Part shown: positions 27,431-37,616 of the stretch, piece by piece | Numbering within the stretch: position 1 is the stretch's first letter | Layout of the letters: each line of letters starts with the position of its first letter | From: Acidobacteriota bacterium | GTDB lineage: Bacteria > Acidobacteriota > UBA890 > WLXD01 | Length of the DNA stretch: 64,000 nucleotides | Reading direction: 5' to 3' | NCBI GenBank assembly: GCA_965248695.1 | Contig: CBDFKD010000002.1 | Location: forward strand, 4,288,001 to 4,352,000 | Notes under the pieces: model-generated | Databases searched by the model: none | Told to the model about the DNA's origin: nothing | Seen by the model: the letters and a program-made list of their open reading frames with translations, nothing else | Program-made: the position numbers and the translations under genes

Positions 27431-28702
27431 CTACGGACGTCGCACCGGCGCCGCCGGCCCGGCTACGCGCGATTGCCAGATCCAGATCGTCACCGCGGGC
27501 ACGTACTCGACCAGGCGCGGCCACCAGGGCTCGACCCACAGATTGCTATCGCCCGTATTCACCACCAGTACCCAGTAGGCAATCGGAGCCACGGCACATA
27601 GCGCCACCCATGCCAGGTCGATCGCGGCGGCAGCGAACGGTAGGGCCCACAGCAGATACCAGGGGTGGACGGTCGGCATCAACAAGGTAAACGCCAGCAG
27701 CAACCAGTAGCCGGCACGCAACGGATCCTCTCGACGTCGCCAGAGCCACGTCAGGAGCCCCAGCCCGAGCCCGGCCGCAAGCGCCTTGGCCGCCGCGAGC
27801 GAGCCGGTGGCCGCGTGCAACACGAAGAAGGCGCCGTCGTTGAATCGCCACCGACCCGCATAGTCGAGCCAGGGCTGCAGAATGGCGATCCCGGCATCGA
27901 GGAAGGGAGCGTAGCCGAGCAGCAGGCTGCCGACGAACAGCGGCCAGTGCCACCACCGTCGCTGGCGGAGCAGGAGCGGCACGAAGACCAGCGGCCAGGT
28001 CTTGATCAGCACACCACAGGCGAGCAACAGAGTGCTGACCACGGCGCGTTGGCGGGCGTGGGCCAGGGCGGCGCCGAGGACCACGGCGATCGCCCAGCCG
28101 TCGAAGTGACCGCTGGACGCGAACTCGATCGCTGGCAGCGGATGCAACGCGTAGATCGCCACCTGCCATCGTGCCCGGCCCCAGGCGCGCAAACAGGCCA
28201 GGAGCAGGACGATGGTGAGCAGGTCTCCGAGCGTTGCGATGACCTTGAACATCCCCAGGCTGTCGTGCAGCCCATAGGTAGTCGCGAAGAGTACCTGCGC
28301 CAGGGGAGGATAGATCGTCCGGATCCGGGGATAATTGATCCGTGACCACTGTTCATCGCGCAGGCCTTCGAGGGCCGGGGCTGCCGGGGGTTCCAGATAC
28401 GGGTTCCAACCCGCAGCCTGTACCCTTCCATCCCAGCGATACCGATAGATGTCATCCGAAAGGCTCGGTGGTGTGGCGAGCAACAGAACACGCAGGGCAA
28501 GTGCCGCGAGCAAGACCGTGCCGGTGGCGACCTGGCGCCCCGATGGGCCCCAGTCAGGCCACAATCGGGCGAGCGACCAGCAAATGAGGGCGTGGGAGAT
28601 GCCGGCCAAGAGCATCAACGACACTGCCTGTCGCGCATTCACGCGCAGGTCGCCGAGCGCCCACAGGCCGATAGCGCACACAAGCAGCAGCGCGCTGCCC
28701 AC
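27431..28702 (-). CDS. GT-C-fold membrane glycosyltransferase (GT87/DUF2029-like)
   Basis: LSDDIYRYRWDGRVQAAGWNPY, TIYPPLAQ, SGHFD, WRFND and PTVHPWY motifs; many TM segments. Start uncertain (GTG 28702 versus ORF-track 28801). Confidence 0.78.
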   Translation of the reverse strand: MGSALLLVCAIGLWALGDLRVNARQAVSLMLLAGISHALICWSLARLWPDWGPSGRQVATGTVLLAALALRVLLLATPPSLSDDIYRYRWDGRVQAAGWNPYLEPPAAPALEGLRDEQWSRINYPRIRTIYPPLAQVLFATTYGLHDSLGMFKVIATLGDLLTIVLLLACLRAWGRARWQVAIYALHPLPAIEFASSGHFDGWAIAVVLGAALAHARQRAVVSTLLLACGVLIKTWPLVFVPLLLRQRRWWHWPLFVGSLLLGYAPFLDAGIAILQPWLDYAGRWRFNDGAFFVLHAATGSLAAAKALAAGLGLGLLTWLWRRREDPLRAGYWLLLAFTLLMPTVHPWYLLWALPFAAAAIDLAWVALCAVAPIAYWVLVVNTGDSNLWVEPWWPRLVEYVPAVTIWIWQSRVAGPAAPVRRP

Positions 28703-28729
28703 CGTCAGTGCCGCCAGGAAGCCACGCGC

Positions 28730-30205
28730 ATGACGGGGGCGAGCCTGCTGCTTGGCGCCTACCTCGGCGTGCTGCTGTTGCTGTCGGTCTTCGGGCTGCA
28801 CCGGTTGTACCTGGTTTCCTTGTATTTGCGAACTCGGCGCGACGCGCCGTGCGCACCGCCGCCACCGTCAAGCTGGCCGCAGGTCACGGTACAGCTTCCG
28901 GTGTTCAACGAAATGTATGTTGTCGATCGTCTGCTCGACGCGGTAGCTCGACTCGACTACCCGTCCGATCGGCTCGAGGTTCAAGTACTGGACGACTCCA
29001 CCGACGCGACCTCGGACCGCATACGGCGGCGCGTCGCATCGCTGCGTCGTGCGGGTCTTGACGTGAAACACCTCCGGCGCGCCGACCGAACCGGGTTCAA
29101 AGCCGGAGCGCTGGAAGCCGGCATGCGCCGTGCCCGCGGTGATCTCCTCTGTATCTTCGACGCCGATTTCGTGCCGGCGCCTGACTTCCTGCGCCGCACC
29201 GTACCGCATTTCAACGCGCCGTCGGTGGGGATGGTGCAGGTGCGGTGGAGCCACCTGAACCGCGATCATTCGGCGCTCACCAGAATCCAAGCGATGTTTC
29301 TCGACGCGCACTTCGCGATCGAGCACGGGGCCCGAAGTCGCGCTGGAAGGTTCTTCAACTTCAACGGTACTGCCGGCGTCTGGCGGCGATCTGCAATCGA
29401 GAGCGCCGGGGGCTGGGCGCACGACACGCTGACCGAGGACCTCGATCTCTCCTACCGTGCACAGTTGGGCGGCTGGCAGTTCGTCTACCTGAACGAGTCG
29501 CCGGCGCCCGCCGAGTTGCCGGTGTCGATTGCCGCTTTCAAGAGTCAGCAACGCCGCTGGACGAAGGGTGCCGTGCAAACGGCTCGCAAGCTGCTGCCGA
29601 CGGTCTGGAGATCCTCCCAGCCCTGGCGTACGAAGGTGGAGGCGAGCTTCCATCTGGCCGGCAACATCGCCTACGTGTTGATGGTGACGCTGTCGTTGCT
29701 CGTATTCCCGACCATGCTGGCGCGAGCACCGTACGGCACCATCGATCTGCTACTGCTCGAGTTGCCCATCTTGCTGTTCGGTACCGGTTCCGTGGCGGTG
29801 TTCTTCGTTGTGGCACAGCATCAGATCGGCCGGTCGGCGGGCGCCGCGGCATGCCGGCTCCCGGCGTTGATGGCACTCGGAGTGGGCCTCGCACTCAACA
29901 ACACGCTCGCCGTCGTGGCTGGTTTGAGTGGCGCTACCGGTGAGTTCGTGCGTACGCCCAAGCTGGCAGCGGCGGCGCGTGGTGAGGCCGGGTATCAGAG
30001 CACGCTCGGCGTCTTGCCGATCATCGAGGTCGCGATGGCCACCTACTTCGCGGTTGCGACAGCGGTGGCGGTGGCGCTGCAGTTGTGGGTGTGTCTGCCT
30101 GTCTTGCTCCTGTTCCTGGGCGGCTACGGTTGGGTCGCATGGATGTCAGTGGCCGAGTTCGCGACCGTGTCGACGTTGCCGGTCTTAGCGCATGGCTCCC
30201 GCTAG
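28730..30205 (+). CDS. Processive-type GT2 glycosyltransferase (cellulose/glucomannan synthase-like)
   Basis: VTVQLPVFNE, LDDSTD, FKAGAL, FDADF, TEDLDL and QQRRW (D,D,D,QxxRW) motifs. Start set at ATG 28730. Confidence 0.88.
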   Translation: MTGASLLLGAYLGVLLLLSVFGLHRLYLVSLYLRTRRDAPCAPPPPSSWPQVTVQLPVFNEMYVVDRLLDAVARLDYPSDRLEVQVLDDSTDATSDRIRRRVASLRRAGLDVKHLRRADRTGFKAGALEAGMRRARGDLLCIFDADFVPAPDFLRRTVPHFNAPSVGMVQVRWSHLNRDHSALTRIQAMFLDAHFAIEHGARSRAGRFFNFNGTAGVWRRSAIESAGGWAHDTLTEDLDLSYRAQLGGWQFVYLNESPAPAELPVSIAAFKSQQRRWTKGAVQTARKLLPTVWRSSQPWRTKVEASFHLAGNIAYVLMVTLSLLVFPTMLARAPYGTIDLLLLELPILLFGTGSVAVFFVVAQHQIGRSAGAAACRLPALMALGVGLALNNTLAVVAGLSGATGEFVRTPKLAAAARGEAGYQSTLGVLPIIEVAMATYFAVATAVAVALQLWVCLPVLLLFLGGYGWVAWMSVAEFATVSTLPVLAHGSR

Positions 30206-31661
30206 TCCTCGACTTCGCTTCGCGCCGAGCCCCACCGGCACGCTGCACCTCGGCAACGCGCGGACGGCATTGATCAACTGGCTGGTAGCGCGCGCCGCGA
30301 ACGGGAAGCTGGTGCTTCGTATCGAAGATACCGACGCGGATCGTAACGTCGTCGGTGCCGAGCAACGGATCTTCGAGACCCTGCGCTGGCTCGGGATCGA
30401 CTGGGACGAGGGGCCCGACGTCGGCGGTGGGCATGGCCCCTATCGCCAATCCGAGCGTGGTGCCCTGTATCGAGAGGCGGTGGCTAGATTGCTCGAGGAC
30501 GAGCGCGCCTACTACTGCTTCGAGGATCCGGACGCGTTGCGTGCCGCGCAAACGGAGGCGCACGACCGCGGCCAGACGTTTCAGCATGTGTGTCGAGAGC
30601 TGACCGCGGAGGAGTCGCGCCGTCGCCTGGAAGCCGGAGAGGCCGCAGCGGTGCGGTTTCGGACGCCGGATCGTAGGGTACGGTTCGACGATGGCCTGCG
30701 CGGCAGCACCGGTGTCGAGTCCGGCGAGCTCGATGACTTCATCGTCGCCCGCGGCGACGGCACCCCGACGTATCAGCTCGCGGTTGTCGTCGACGATCAC
30801 GGTATGTTGATCGATCACGTGGTACGTGGGCAGGACCACCTGTCCAACACGCCCAAGCAACTGCTTCTGTACGAGGCCCTGGGTTGGTCGCCGCCACGGT
30901 TCACGCACCTGCCGCTGGTGCTCGGAGCGGATCGGTCGCGGTTGTCCAAGCGCCACGGAGCGGTCAGTGTCGAGCAGATGCGCGACGACGGCATCCTTCC
31001 CGAATCGCTGGCCAACTACCTCACGCTAGTCGGTATGGCACCCGCCGAGGGGCGGGAGATCTGGCGTCTGTCCGAGCTCGTGGAGTGCTTCGATCTCGGT
31101 AGCCTGTCGTCGACGAATATCGGCTTTGACCTGCAGAAGCTCGAGTGGCTGAACCAGCAGCACCTGTCGGGACTCCAGCTGGACGATTTGCTGGAGCGCG
31201 CGGGCGGCGTCCTGGCGGCCGCCGACATCGAGCTGCCCGCGGATGGCCCCGGGCGTGACTGGTGGTTGGAGCTGGCGGATCTGGTACGCCCGTCGCTGCA
31301 GCGCCTCGATGAGTTGACGCTACGATTCGACGAGTTGGCGCGGGCGCCCGCGCCGACCATCGAAGTGGGCGACAATTCCCCAGATCACGCCATGCTGTCG
31401 GCGTTTCACCGCGCCAGCATGGCCGGGGAGCTGGGCACTGTCGAAGCATTCAAGGAGGTGGCCGGCCGCATCGGCGAACAGACAGGCCTACGCGGCAAGG
31501 GCCTGTTCCAGCCCCTCCGGCAAGCGCTGACCGGACAGGACCACGGTCCAGAGCTGGCCCGGCTGGTGCCGTTGATGGAGAACGCGCGACGCGCTGGGGT
31601 GACGCCCGATATCCCGACGGTGGCGGAGCGCATTGCGCCGCTGGTCGCGGCACATGGTTGA
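30192..31661 (+). CDS. gltX: Glutamate--tRNA ligase
   Basis: RFAPSPTGTLHLGN, LRIEDTD, PYRQSER and RLSKRHG motifs; C-terminal anticodon-binding domain (PLRQALTG..HGPEL). Confidence 0.93.
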   Translation: MAPASPRLRFAPSPTGTLHLGNARTALINWLVARAANGKLVLRIEDTDADRNVVGAEQRIFETLRWLGIDWDEGPDVGGGHGPYRQSERGALYREAVARLLEDERAYYCFEDPDALRAAQTEAHDRGQTFQHVCRELTAEESRRRLEAGEAAAVRFRTPDRRVRFDDGLRGSTGVESGELDDFIVARGDGTPTYQLAVVVDDHGMLIDHVVRGQDHLSNTPKQLLLYEALGWSPPRFTHLPLVLGADRSRLSKRHGAVSVEQMRDDGILPESLANYLTLVGMAPAEGREIWRLSELVECFDLGSLSSTNIGFDLQKLEWLNQQHLSGLQLDDLLERAGGVLAAADIELPADGPGRDWWLELADLVRPSLQRLDELTLRFDELARAPAPTIEVGDNSPDHAMLSAFHRASMAGELGTVEAFKEVAGRIGEQTGLRGKGLFQPLRQALTGQDHGPELARLVPLMENARRAGVTPDIPTVAERIAPLVAAHG

Positions 31662-32379
31662 GTGGCTGGTCGGAAGGCACGCGGTCGCCGAGGCGCTCGT
31701 CGGTTCGGCGCGTCAGGTGCACGAGGTCAGGGTCCTCGCGTACCGGAAGTCGGCGGCGGTCGAGGATGTCCGCGGCCGCGCCCAAGCCGCCGGCATCGAG
31801 GTGCGCGAAGTCCAGGCTCGGGAGCTCGGTGGTATTGCTCCCGGAGCGACGATCGTGGCTCGCTGCTCGGCCTTTCGATATCGGGATGAGGCCGACTTGC
31901 CAGCTGCCGATCCGAGCGTGCCGACGATGGTGGCGGTGCTGGACGGCATTCAGGACCCACAGAACCTGGGCGCAATCCTACGCACTGCCGAGGCCGCTGG
32001 TGCCGTGGGACTGTGCCACGCGGCTCGCCGCGCTGCCCAGGTAACACCGGCCGTCGTACGCGCATCGGCTGGCGCCAGCGAGCACCTGCCGGTGTACCGG
32101 GTTACGAATATTGCCCGCACCCTCGAGCGCCTCAAGGCGCTTGGCTACTGGGTCGTTGGGCTGGAAACCGGCAGCGCGACAGGGTGGGATCGGGTCGACT
32201 ATCCGTCCGCGGTGGCGCTGGTGGTGGGTTCCGAGGACAAAGGCCTACGGCGGCTGGTGACGGACTGCTGCGATCACCTGGTGTCCCTGCCGATGCGGGG
32301 GCGGGTTCAGTCACTAAACGCCAGCGCGGCGTTCGCCGCGACGATCTACGAGGTGGTTCGTAGACAGAATGCTGACTGA
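31654..32379 (+). CDS. rlmB: 23S rRNA (Gm2251) 2'-O-methyltransferase, SpoU family
   Basis: GRHAVAEAL, LDGIQDPQNLGAILRTA, GSEDKGL and LPMRGRVQSLNAS motifs. Confidence 0.9.
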   Translation: MVEWLVGRHAVAEALVGSARQVHEVRVLAYRKSAAVEDVRGRAQAAGIEVREVQARELGGIAPGATIVARCSAFRYRDEADLPAADPSVPTMVAVLDGIQDPQNLGAILRTAEAAGAVGLCHAARRAAQVTPAVVRASAGASEHLPVYRVTNIARTLERLKALGYWVVGLETGSATGWDRVDYPSAVALVVGSEDKGLRRLVTDCCDHLVSLPMRGRVQSLNASAAFAATIYEVVRRQNAD

Positions 32380-32519
32380 TCCGCAACGATGGCGAAGCCC
32401 GGCCGGCCAGCTTGCTGGGCTTCGGGACAGAACCTATAGTTTTGCTGCAAAGCAGTCGCCGCCGCGCGCGTTGCCGGTACACGGCCACGCCGACAAGAGC
32501 TTGTCCGGGCTGCTAGCGG

Positions 32520-32592
32520 GCTGGCGTAGCTCAGTTGGAAGAGCAGCTGATTTGTAATCAGCAGGTCGGAGGTTCGAGTCCTCTCGCCAGCT
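32520..32592 (+). tRNA. tRNA-Thr(TGT)
   Basis: Acceptor gctggcg/cgccagc; anticodon arm gctga-tttgtaa-tcagc; T-loop ttcgagt; CCA not encoded. Confidence 0.95.
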
Positions 32593-32628
32593 CTAGTGTC
32601 CTGTCCTCAGGACACGTGACTGCATCAG

Positions 32629-32711
32629 GGAGAGTTGCCCGAGCGGCCAAAGGGAGCAGACTGTAAATCTGCCGGCTAATGCCTACGGAGGTTCGAATCC
32701 TCCACTCTCCA
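32629..32711 (+). tRNA. tRNA-Tyr(GTA)
   Basis: Acceptor ggagagt/actctcc; anticodon arm gcaga-ctgtaaa-tctgc; long variable arm. Confidence 0.95.
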
Positions 32712-32867
32712 CTTCGAAACATGTTTGCGAACACCGACTTTCTTGTCGGAGAACCGTTTTTTATGCGCTTGATCCGACTCCCCGCGGCCGACTTGGCGTC
32801 CGTGGGGAGGGGTGATAGCATGAGCCGTTCCTCGCACAGGTGAAGTCTGTGCACACCACGGTACGAG

Positions 32868-32941
32868 GCGGGAATAGCTCAATCTGGTAGAGCGCCAGCC
32901 TTCCAAGCTGGGGGTTGCGGGTTCGAGTCCCGTTTCCCGCT
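32868..32941 (+). tRNA. tRNA-Gly(TCC)
   Basis: Acceptor gcgggaa/ttcccgc; anticodon arm ccagc-cttccaa-gctgg. Confidence 0.95.
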
Positions 32942-33022
32942 CTGTGCGCGGCGTCGGGGCGAATCGGCTGGCCATCCACACGGGACACACCGACGCGATA
33001 GCCACGTTTTGCTTTCGGGAGG

Positions 33023-33097
33023 GCCCACGTGGCTCAGTGGTAGAGCGCTTCCTTGGTAAGGAAGAGGTCACCGGTTCAATCCCGGTCGTGGGCTCCA
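33023..33097 (+). tRNA. tRNA-Thr(GGT)
   Basis: Acceptor gcccacg/cgtgggc; anticodon arm ttcct-tggtaa-ggaa; CCA encoded. Confidence 0.95.
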
Positions 33098-33162
33098 TTA
33101 GTTTCATCGGAATAGATGCGGCCGTCGAACAGCGCGCCTGAACTACGTCAGAGGAGAACCTG

Positions 33163-34356
33163 ATGGCGAAGGAGAAATTCAAACGTACGAAGCCGCACGT
33201 GAACGTGGGGACGATCGGGCACGTGGACCACGGCAAGACGACGTTGACGCAGGCGATCACGCTGATTTTGTCGAAGCTTGGGCGTGCGGACTACACACCG
33301 TTCGACGCCATCGACAAGGCACCCGAAGAGCGCGAGCGCGGCATCACGATCGCCATCGCGCACGTGGAGTACGAGTCGGAGAGCCGCCACTACGCCCACG
33401 TAGACTGCCCGGGGCACGCGGACTACATCAAGAACATGATCACGGGTGCGGCGCAGATGGACGGGGCGATTCTGGTGGTGTCGGCGGCGGACGGGCCGAT
33501 GCCGCAGACGCGCGAGCACATATTGCTGGCGCGTCAGGTGGGAGTGCCGGCGATGGTGGTGTTCCTCAACAAGGTCGACATGGTGGACGACGAGGAGCTG
33601 CTGGAGCTGGTGGAGTTGGAAGTGAGGGAGCTGCTGTCGACGTACGAGTTTCCAGGCGACGATATTCCGGTGATTATGGGATCGGCGCTGCAGGCGGCAG
33701 AGTCGGGAGATCCGGAGTCGGACGCGGGCAAGCAGATTCTGGAGTTGGTGGCGGCGCTCGACAGCTACATACCGGAGCCGGTGCGAGCGCTCGACCAGGA
33801 TTTCATGATGGCGATCGAGGACGTGTTCACGATTTCCGGGCGCGGCACGGTGGTAACGGGCCGCATCGACCGAGGAGTGGTGAAGACAGGAGAAGAGGTA
33901 GAGATCGTCGGGATTCGTGACACGCAGAAGAAGGTGGTCACGGGAGTGGAGATGTTCCGGAAGATCCTCGATGAGGGGCAGGCGGGAGACAACGTGGGCG
34001 TGCTGCTGAGGGGGACGGACCGGGAAGATGTGGAGCGTGGACAGGTGCTGGCGAAGCCAGGCACGATCAAGCCGCACACGGGATTTTCGGCCGAGGTGTA
34101 CGTGTTGACCAAGGAAGAGGGCGGCCGGCACACGCCGTTTTTCAAGGGCTATCGGCCGCAGTTTTACTTTCGAACGACGGACGTGACCGGTTCGGTGGAG
34201 TTGCCCGCGGGCGTGGAGATGGTGATGCCCGGGGACAACGTGACGATCGCCGGAGATCTGATCACGCCGATTGCGATGGAAAAGGGCCTGAGGTTCGCGA
34301 TTCGCGAGGGCGGACGTACCGTGGGTGCCGGCACCATCATAGAGATCAACGACTAG
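33163..34356 (+). CDS. tuf: Elongation factor Tu (tRNA-linked copy)
   Basis: [21 protein letters not shown] and [11 protein letters not shown] motifs. Confidence 0.99.
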   Translation: MAKEKFKRTKPHVNVGTIGHVDHGKTTLTQAITLILSKLGRADYTPFDAIDKAPEERERGITIAIAHVEYESESRHYAHVDCPGHADYIKNMITGAAQMDGAILVVSAADGPMPQTREHILLARQVGVPAMVVFLNKVDMVDDEELLELVELEVRELLSTYEFPGDDIPVIMGSALQAAESGDPESDAGKQILELVAALDSYIPEPVRALDQDFMMAIEDVFTISGRGTVVTGRIDRGVVKTGEEVEIVGIRDTQKKVVTGVEMFRKILDEGQAGDNVGVLLRGTDREDVERGQVLAKPGTIKPHTGFSAEVYVLTKEEGGRHTPFFKGYRPQFYFRTTDVTGSVELPAGVEMVMPGDNVTIAGDLITPIAMEKGLRFAIREGGRTVGAGTIIEIND

Positions 34357-34361
34357 CACGT

Positions 34362-34435
34362 AGGGCAGTAGCTCCAATTGGCAGAGCACCGGACTCCAAA
34401 TCCGGGGGTTGTGGGTTCGAATCCCTCCTGCCCTG
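34362..34435 (+). tRNA. tRNA-Trp(CCA)
   Basis: Acceptor agggcag/ctgccct; anticodon arm ccgga-ctccaaa-tccgg; canonical position before secE. Confidence 0.95.
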
Positions 34436-34472
34436 CCTCTTGATTGCGACAAGGTGGCCGAAGTAGCGGGTT

Positions 34473-34667
34473 ATGTGGAATCGCTGGAAGAGGTTTGTTC
34501 GAGAGGTCAGGGCCGAGCTCAAGAAGGTCACCTGGCCAAAGCGGAACGAGGTGTATGGCACCACCGCGGTGGTGCTCATGACCTGCATCATCTTTGGCGT
34601 GTATCTGTGGTTTGTCGACGTCGTCATGAGTCGGGTCATCACCTGGCTCTACGCGGCGTTCGGCTAG
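34473..34667 (+). CDS. secE: Preprotein translocase subunit SecE
   Basis: FVREVRAELKKVTWPKRNE plus one TM helix. Confidence 0.95.
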   Translation: MWNRWKRFVREVRAELKKVTWPKRNEVYGTTAVVLMTCIIFGVYLWFVDVVMSRVITWLYAAFG

Positions 34668-34689
34668 CGCGACCGGGATCGAGAACGAC

Positions 34690-35373
34690 GTGAGCGAGCA
34701 GGCTGACAAGAACCTGGAGGCCGCGGCACGGGCCCTGGGCCTGGAGCCCGAAATTCCCGTTGTCGAAGAGGCAGCGCCGGAGCCGGTGCCGGCTGTCGCG
34801 GAACCGTCCGCCGAAGTGGACGCCGTCGAGGCTGATCCCGGTGACGGCACGAGCTGGTACGTCGTACACACCTATTCGGGCTACGAGCGCAAGGTAAAGC
34901 AGAGTTTGGAGGAACGTGTGCGGACCCTCGGGCTGGACGAGGAAATTCGCGAGATTCTCATCCCGACCGAAGACGTCGTCGAGATGAAGTCCGGCAAGAA
35001 GGTGGTCACCTCCAAGAAGTTCTTTCCCGGATACTTGTTGGTGCGCATGCGGATGGGCGAAGAGCTCTGGCATCTGGTCAAGAACACCCCGCGTGTGACC
35101 GGGTTCGTCGGCGAGGGTCGTAACGCGATCGCGCTCACCCAGGGCGAGGTGGACAAGATCCTCAATCGCATGGAGGAGTCGGTCGAGGCTCCGAAGCCCA
35201 AGTTCCAGTTCGCCAAGGGCGAGAACGTACGCATTGTCGACGGACCGTTCACGAACTTCTCGGGCAAGGTCGAGGAGGTCGACAATCGCCGCAGCACGCT
35301 CAAGGTGATGGTATCGATCTTCGGCCGCGCTACCCCCGTCGAGTTGGACTTCTTCCAGGTCGAGAAGGCCTGA
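34690..35373 (+). CDS. nusG: Transcription termination/antitermination factor NusG
   Basis: WYVVHTYSGYE, FFPGYLLV and KOW motif DGPFTNF...IFGRATPVEL; acidic N-terminal extension. Confidence 0.97.
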   Translation: MSEQADKNLEAAARALGLEPEIPVVEEAAPEPVPAVAEPSAEVDAVEADPGDGTSWYVVHTYSGYERKVKQSLEERVRTLGLDEEIREILIPTEDVVEMKSGKKVVTSKKFFPGYLLVRMRMGEELWHLVKNTPRVTGFVGEGRNAIALTQGEVDKILNRMEESVEAPKPKFQFAKGENVRIVDGPFTNFSGKVEEVDNRRSTLKVMVSIFGRATPVELDFFQVEKA

Positions 35374-35400
35374 GCATGTTTTCGAAGCGAGTGATGACAG

Positions 35401-35844
35401 ATGGCTAAGCAAGCCAAGCCCGTAATCGGGCTCGTGAAGCTGCAGATTCCGGCGGGCAAGGCTTCGCCTGCGCCGCCCGTGGGCCCCGCACTCGGTCAGC
35501 ATGGCGTCAACATCATGGACTTCTGCAACGCGTTCAACTCGACCACCAAGGACCAGGCCGGAATGATCATTCCGGTGGTGCTCACGGTCTACGGCGATCG
35601 CACCTACTCGTTCATCACCAAGACCCCTCCGGCCGCCGTCTTGCTGAAGAAGGCCGCCAACATCGCATCCGGCTCTGGCGAACCGAACAAGGAGATCGTC
35701 GCGACGGTGACTCGCGCGCAGGTGGAGGAGATCGCGAAGCTCAAGATGCCCGACCTCAACGCGTTCGACCTCGACGCTGCGGTCAGGATCATCGCCGGGA
35801 CGGCGCGATCCATGGGCATCACCGTAGCGGGCCTCGAGGCCTAG
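35401..35844 (+). CDS. rplK: 50S ribosomal protein L11
   Basis: [23 protein letters not shown] and GTARSMG motifs. Confidence 0.98.
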   Translation: MAKQAKPVIGLVKLQIPAGKASPAPPVGPALGQHGVNIMDFCNAFNSTTKDQAGMIIPVVLTVYGDRTYSFITKTPPAAVLLKKAANIASGSGEPNKEIVATVTRAQVEEIAKLKMPDLNAFDLDAAVRIIAGTARSMGITVAGLEA

Positions 35845-35857
35845 GAAGCGAGATCAG

Positions 35858-36550
35858 ATGCCCAAGCATGGCAAGCAATACACCCAGGCCAAGTCGGCGG
35901 TGGATAGCCGAGACTACGGGATTGACGAGGCGGTTGCCGCGGTGAAGTCGGGGTCTTATGCGAAGTTCGACGAGACGGTCGAGGTTGCGTTGAACCTTGG
36001 CGTTGATCCGCGGCACGCCGATCAGATGGTGCGTTCGAGCGTGGTGCTGCCGCACGGCACCGGCAAGACCAAGCGCATCCTCGTGTTCGCGCAGGGCGAG
36101 AAGATCAAGGAAGCCGAGGAAGCGGGCGCCGACCACGTCGGCGGCAAGGACCTGGTCGACAAGATTACAGGCGGCTGGTTGGAGTTCGACGCGGTGATCT
36201 CGACCCCGGACATGATGCGCGAAGTCGGCAAGCTGGGTCGCGTGCTGGGTCCGCGAGGGTTGATGCCGAACCCCAAGACGGGGACGGTGACATTCGATGT
36301 AGCCAAGGCAGTGGACGAGATAAAGGGCGGCAAGCTCGATTTCCGCGTCGACAAGAACGGCGTCGTCCACGCCCCGATAGGGCGCATGTCTTTCGACAGC
36401 GCGCAGTTGATCGACAACACCCGGGCGATGTTCGAGGCGATCATGCGTGCCAGGCCGGCGGCGGCCAAAGGTACGTACGTGAAGAGCGCGTTTCTCACCT
36501 CGACGATGGGTCCGAGCGTGCGCATCGACGTTGGCGAAGTGACCCTGTAG
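35858..36550 (+). CDS. rplA: 50S ribosomal protein L1
   Basis: [22 protein letters not shown] and STMGPS motifs. Confidence 0.98.
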   Translation: MPKHGKQYTQAKSAVDSRDYGIDEAVAAVKSGSYAKFDETVEVALNLGVDPRHADQMVRSSVVLPHGTGKTKRILVFAQGEKIKEAEEAGADHVGGKDLVDKITGGWLEFDAVISTPDMMREVGKLGRVLGPRGLMPNPKTGTVTFDVAKAVDEIKGGKLDFRVDKNGVVHAPIGRMSFDSAQLIDNTRAMFEAIMRARPAAAKGTYVKSAFLTSTMGPSVRIDVGEVTL

Positions 36551-36561
36551 TAGGTGATCTG

Positions 36562-37086
36562 ATGAATCGAACTCAGAAAGAGCACGAGATCGAGCTTCTC
36601 GGCGACACGATCGGGCAGGCGGCCCACGCTTTCCTGGTGGATTTCACCGGGCTCGACGTGGCGCGTTCGACCGATCTGCGCACCAAGCTCCGCGCCAGCG
36701 ACGGCAAGATGCGGATCGTCAAGAACCGGCTCGCAAAACGTGCTTTCGCCGACAAGGCGTTGGCGCAGGTGGAAGCGGCCTTCGTCGGGCAGACGGCGAT
36801 CGTCTACCCGACCGGCGAGGATGCTGTCGCTGTTGCCAAGGTGCTGCGAGATTTCACCAACGAACATGAAGTCGGCGGGGTCAAGATAGGGCTCGTCGAC
36901 GGCCAGCTGATTACCCCTGAAGAGTTTCAGAGCCTGGCGGATCTGCCATCTCGTGAAGAGCTCATCGCCAAGGTGCTGTACCTGATGCAGTACCCGATCA
37001 CGGGTCTGGCAACCGCCCTGAACAGCATCCTGCGTAACTTTGTCGTGGTACTGGATGCGGTACGACATCAACGAGACAACGAATAA
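36562..37086 (+). CDS. rplJ: 50S ribosomal protein L10
   Basis: VKNRLAKRA and [10 protein letters not shown] motifs; position between rplA and rplL. Confidence 0.95.
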   Translation: MNRTQKEHEIELLGDTIGQAAHAFLVDFTGLDVARSTDLRTKLRASDGKMRIVKNRLAKRAFADKALAQVEAAFVGQTAIVYPTGEDAVAVAKVLRDFTNEHEVGGVKIGLVDGQLITPEEFQSLADLPSREELIAKVLYLMQYPITGLATALNSILRNFVVVLDAVRHQRDNE

Positions 37087-37129
37087 GCCGGACGCCCGCC
37101 GGGCGTAGCCGAGTAAGCCGGAGGAAACC

Positions 37130-37513
37130 GTGGCGAAGCAGCTTTCAAGCGAACAATTCATCGAGCAGATCGAGAACATGTCGGTCCTCGACCTGGCCAA
37201 CCTGGTCAAGGAGCTGGAAGAGAAGTTCGGCGTCAGCGCCCAGGCAATGGCCGCGCCGGTCATGGCCGGCGGAGCCGGTGCCGCCGAGGTGGAGGAAGAG
37301 CAGGACGCCTTCGACGTCATGTTGGTCACCTTTGGAGACAAGAAGATCAACGTGATCAAGACGGTCCGCGAGGTCACGAGCCTGGGGCTGAAGGAAGCCA
37401 AGGAACTCGTCGACAACTTGCCGCGAGCCGTGAAGGAAGGCGTCAGCAAGGAAGAGGCCGCCGAGCTGAAGGCCAAGTTCGAGGAAGCCGGCGCTCAAGT
37501 CGAGATCAAGTAG
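37130..37513 (+). CDS. rplL: 50S ribosomal protein L7/L12
   Basis: LEEKFGVSA and [20 protein letters not shown] motifs. Confidence 0.97.
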   Translation: MAKQLSSEQFIEQIENMSVLDLANLVKELEEKFGVSAQAMAAPVMAGGAGAAEVEEEQDAFDVMLVTFGDKKINVIKTVREVTSLGLKEAKELVDNLPRAVKEGVSKEEAAELKAKFEEAGAQVEIK

Positions 37514-37572
37514 AGCTTGCAGAGCAGAGTCGTGGTGCTCCGTTCGAGCTGTGGGGCGCCCTCCAACGTCTT

Positions 37573-37616
37573 ACCCCGTGGGCCACTTCGGTGCGCGGGG
37601 TCGGTTTCTGTTCTTG
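37573..37616 (+). terminator. Possible attenuator/terminator hairpin between rplL and rpoB
   Basis: accccg...cac-ttcg-gtg...cggggt stem with a UUCG loop, followed by T-rich ggtttctgttctt. The T-tract is imperfect. Confidence 0.45.

Noticed and set aside
32715-32765. Terminator after tRNA-Tyr (ccgac-tttctt-gtcgg ... tttttt)
   Set aside because: The stem is only 5 bp and is separated from the T-run by 8 nt; too weak to call.
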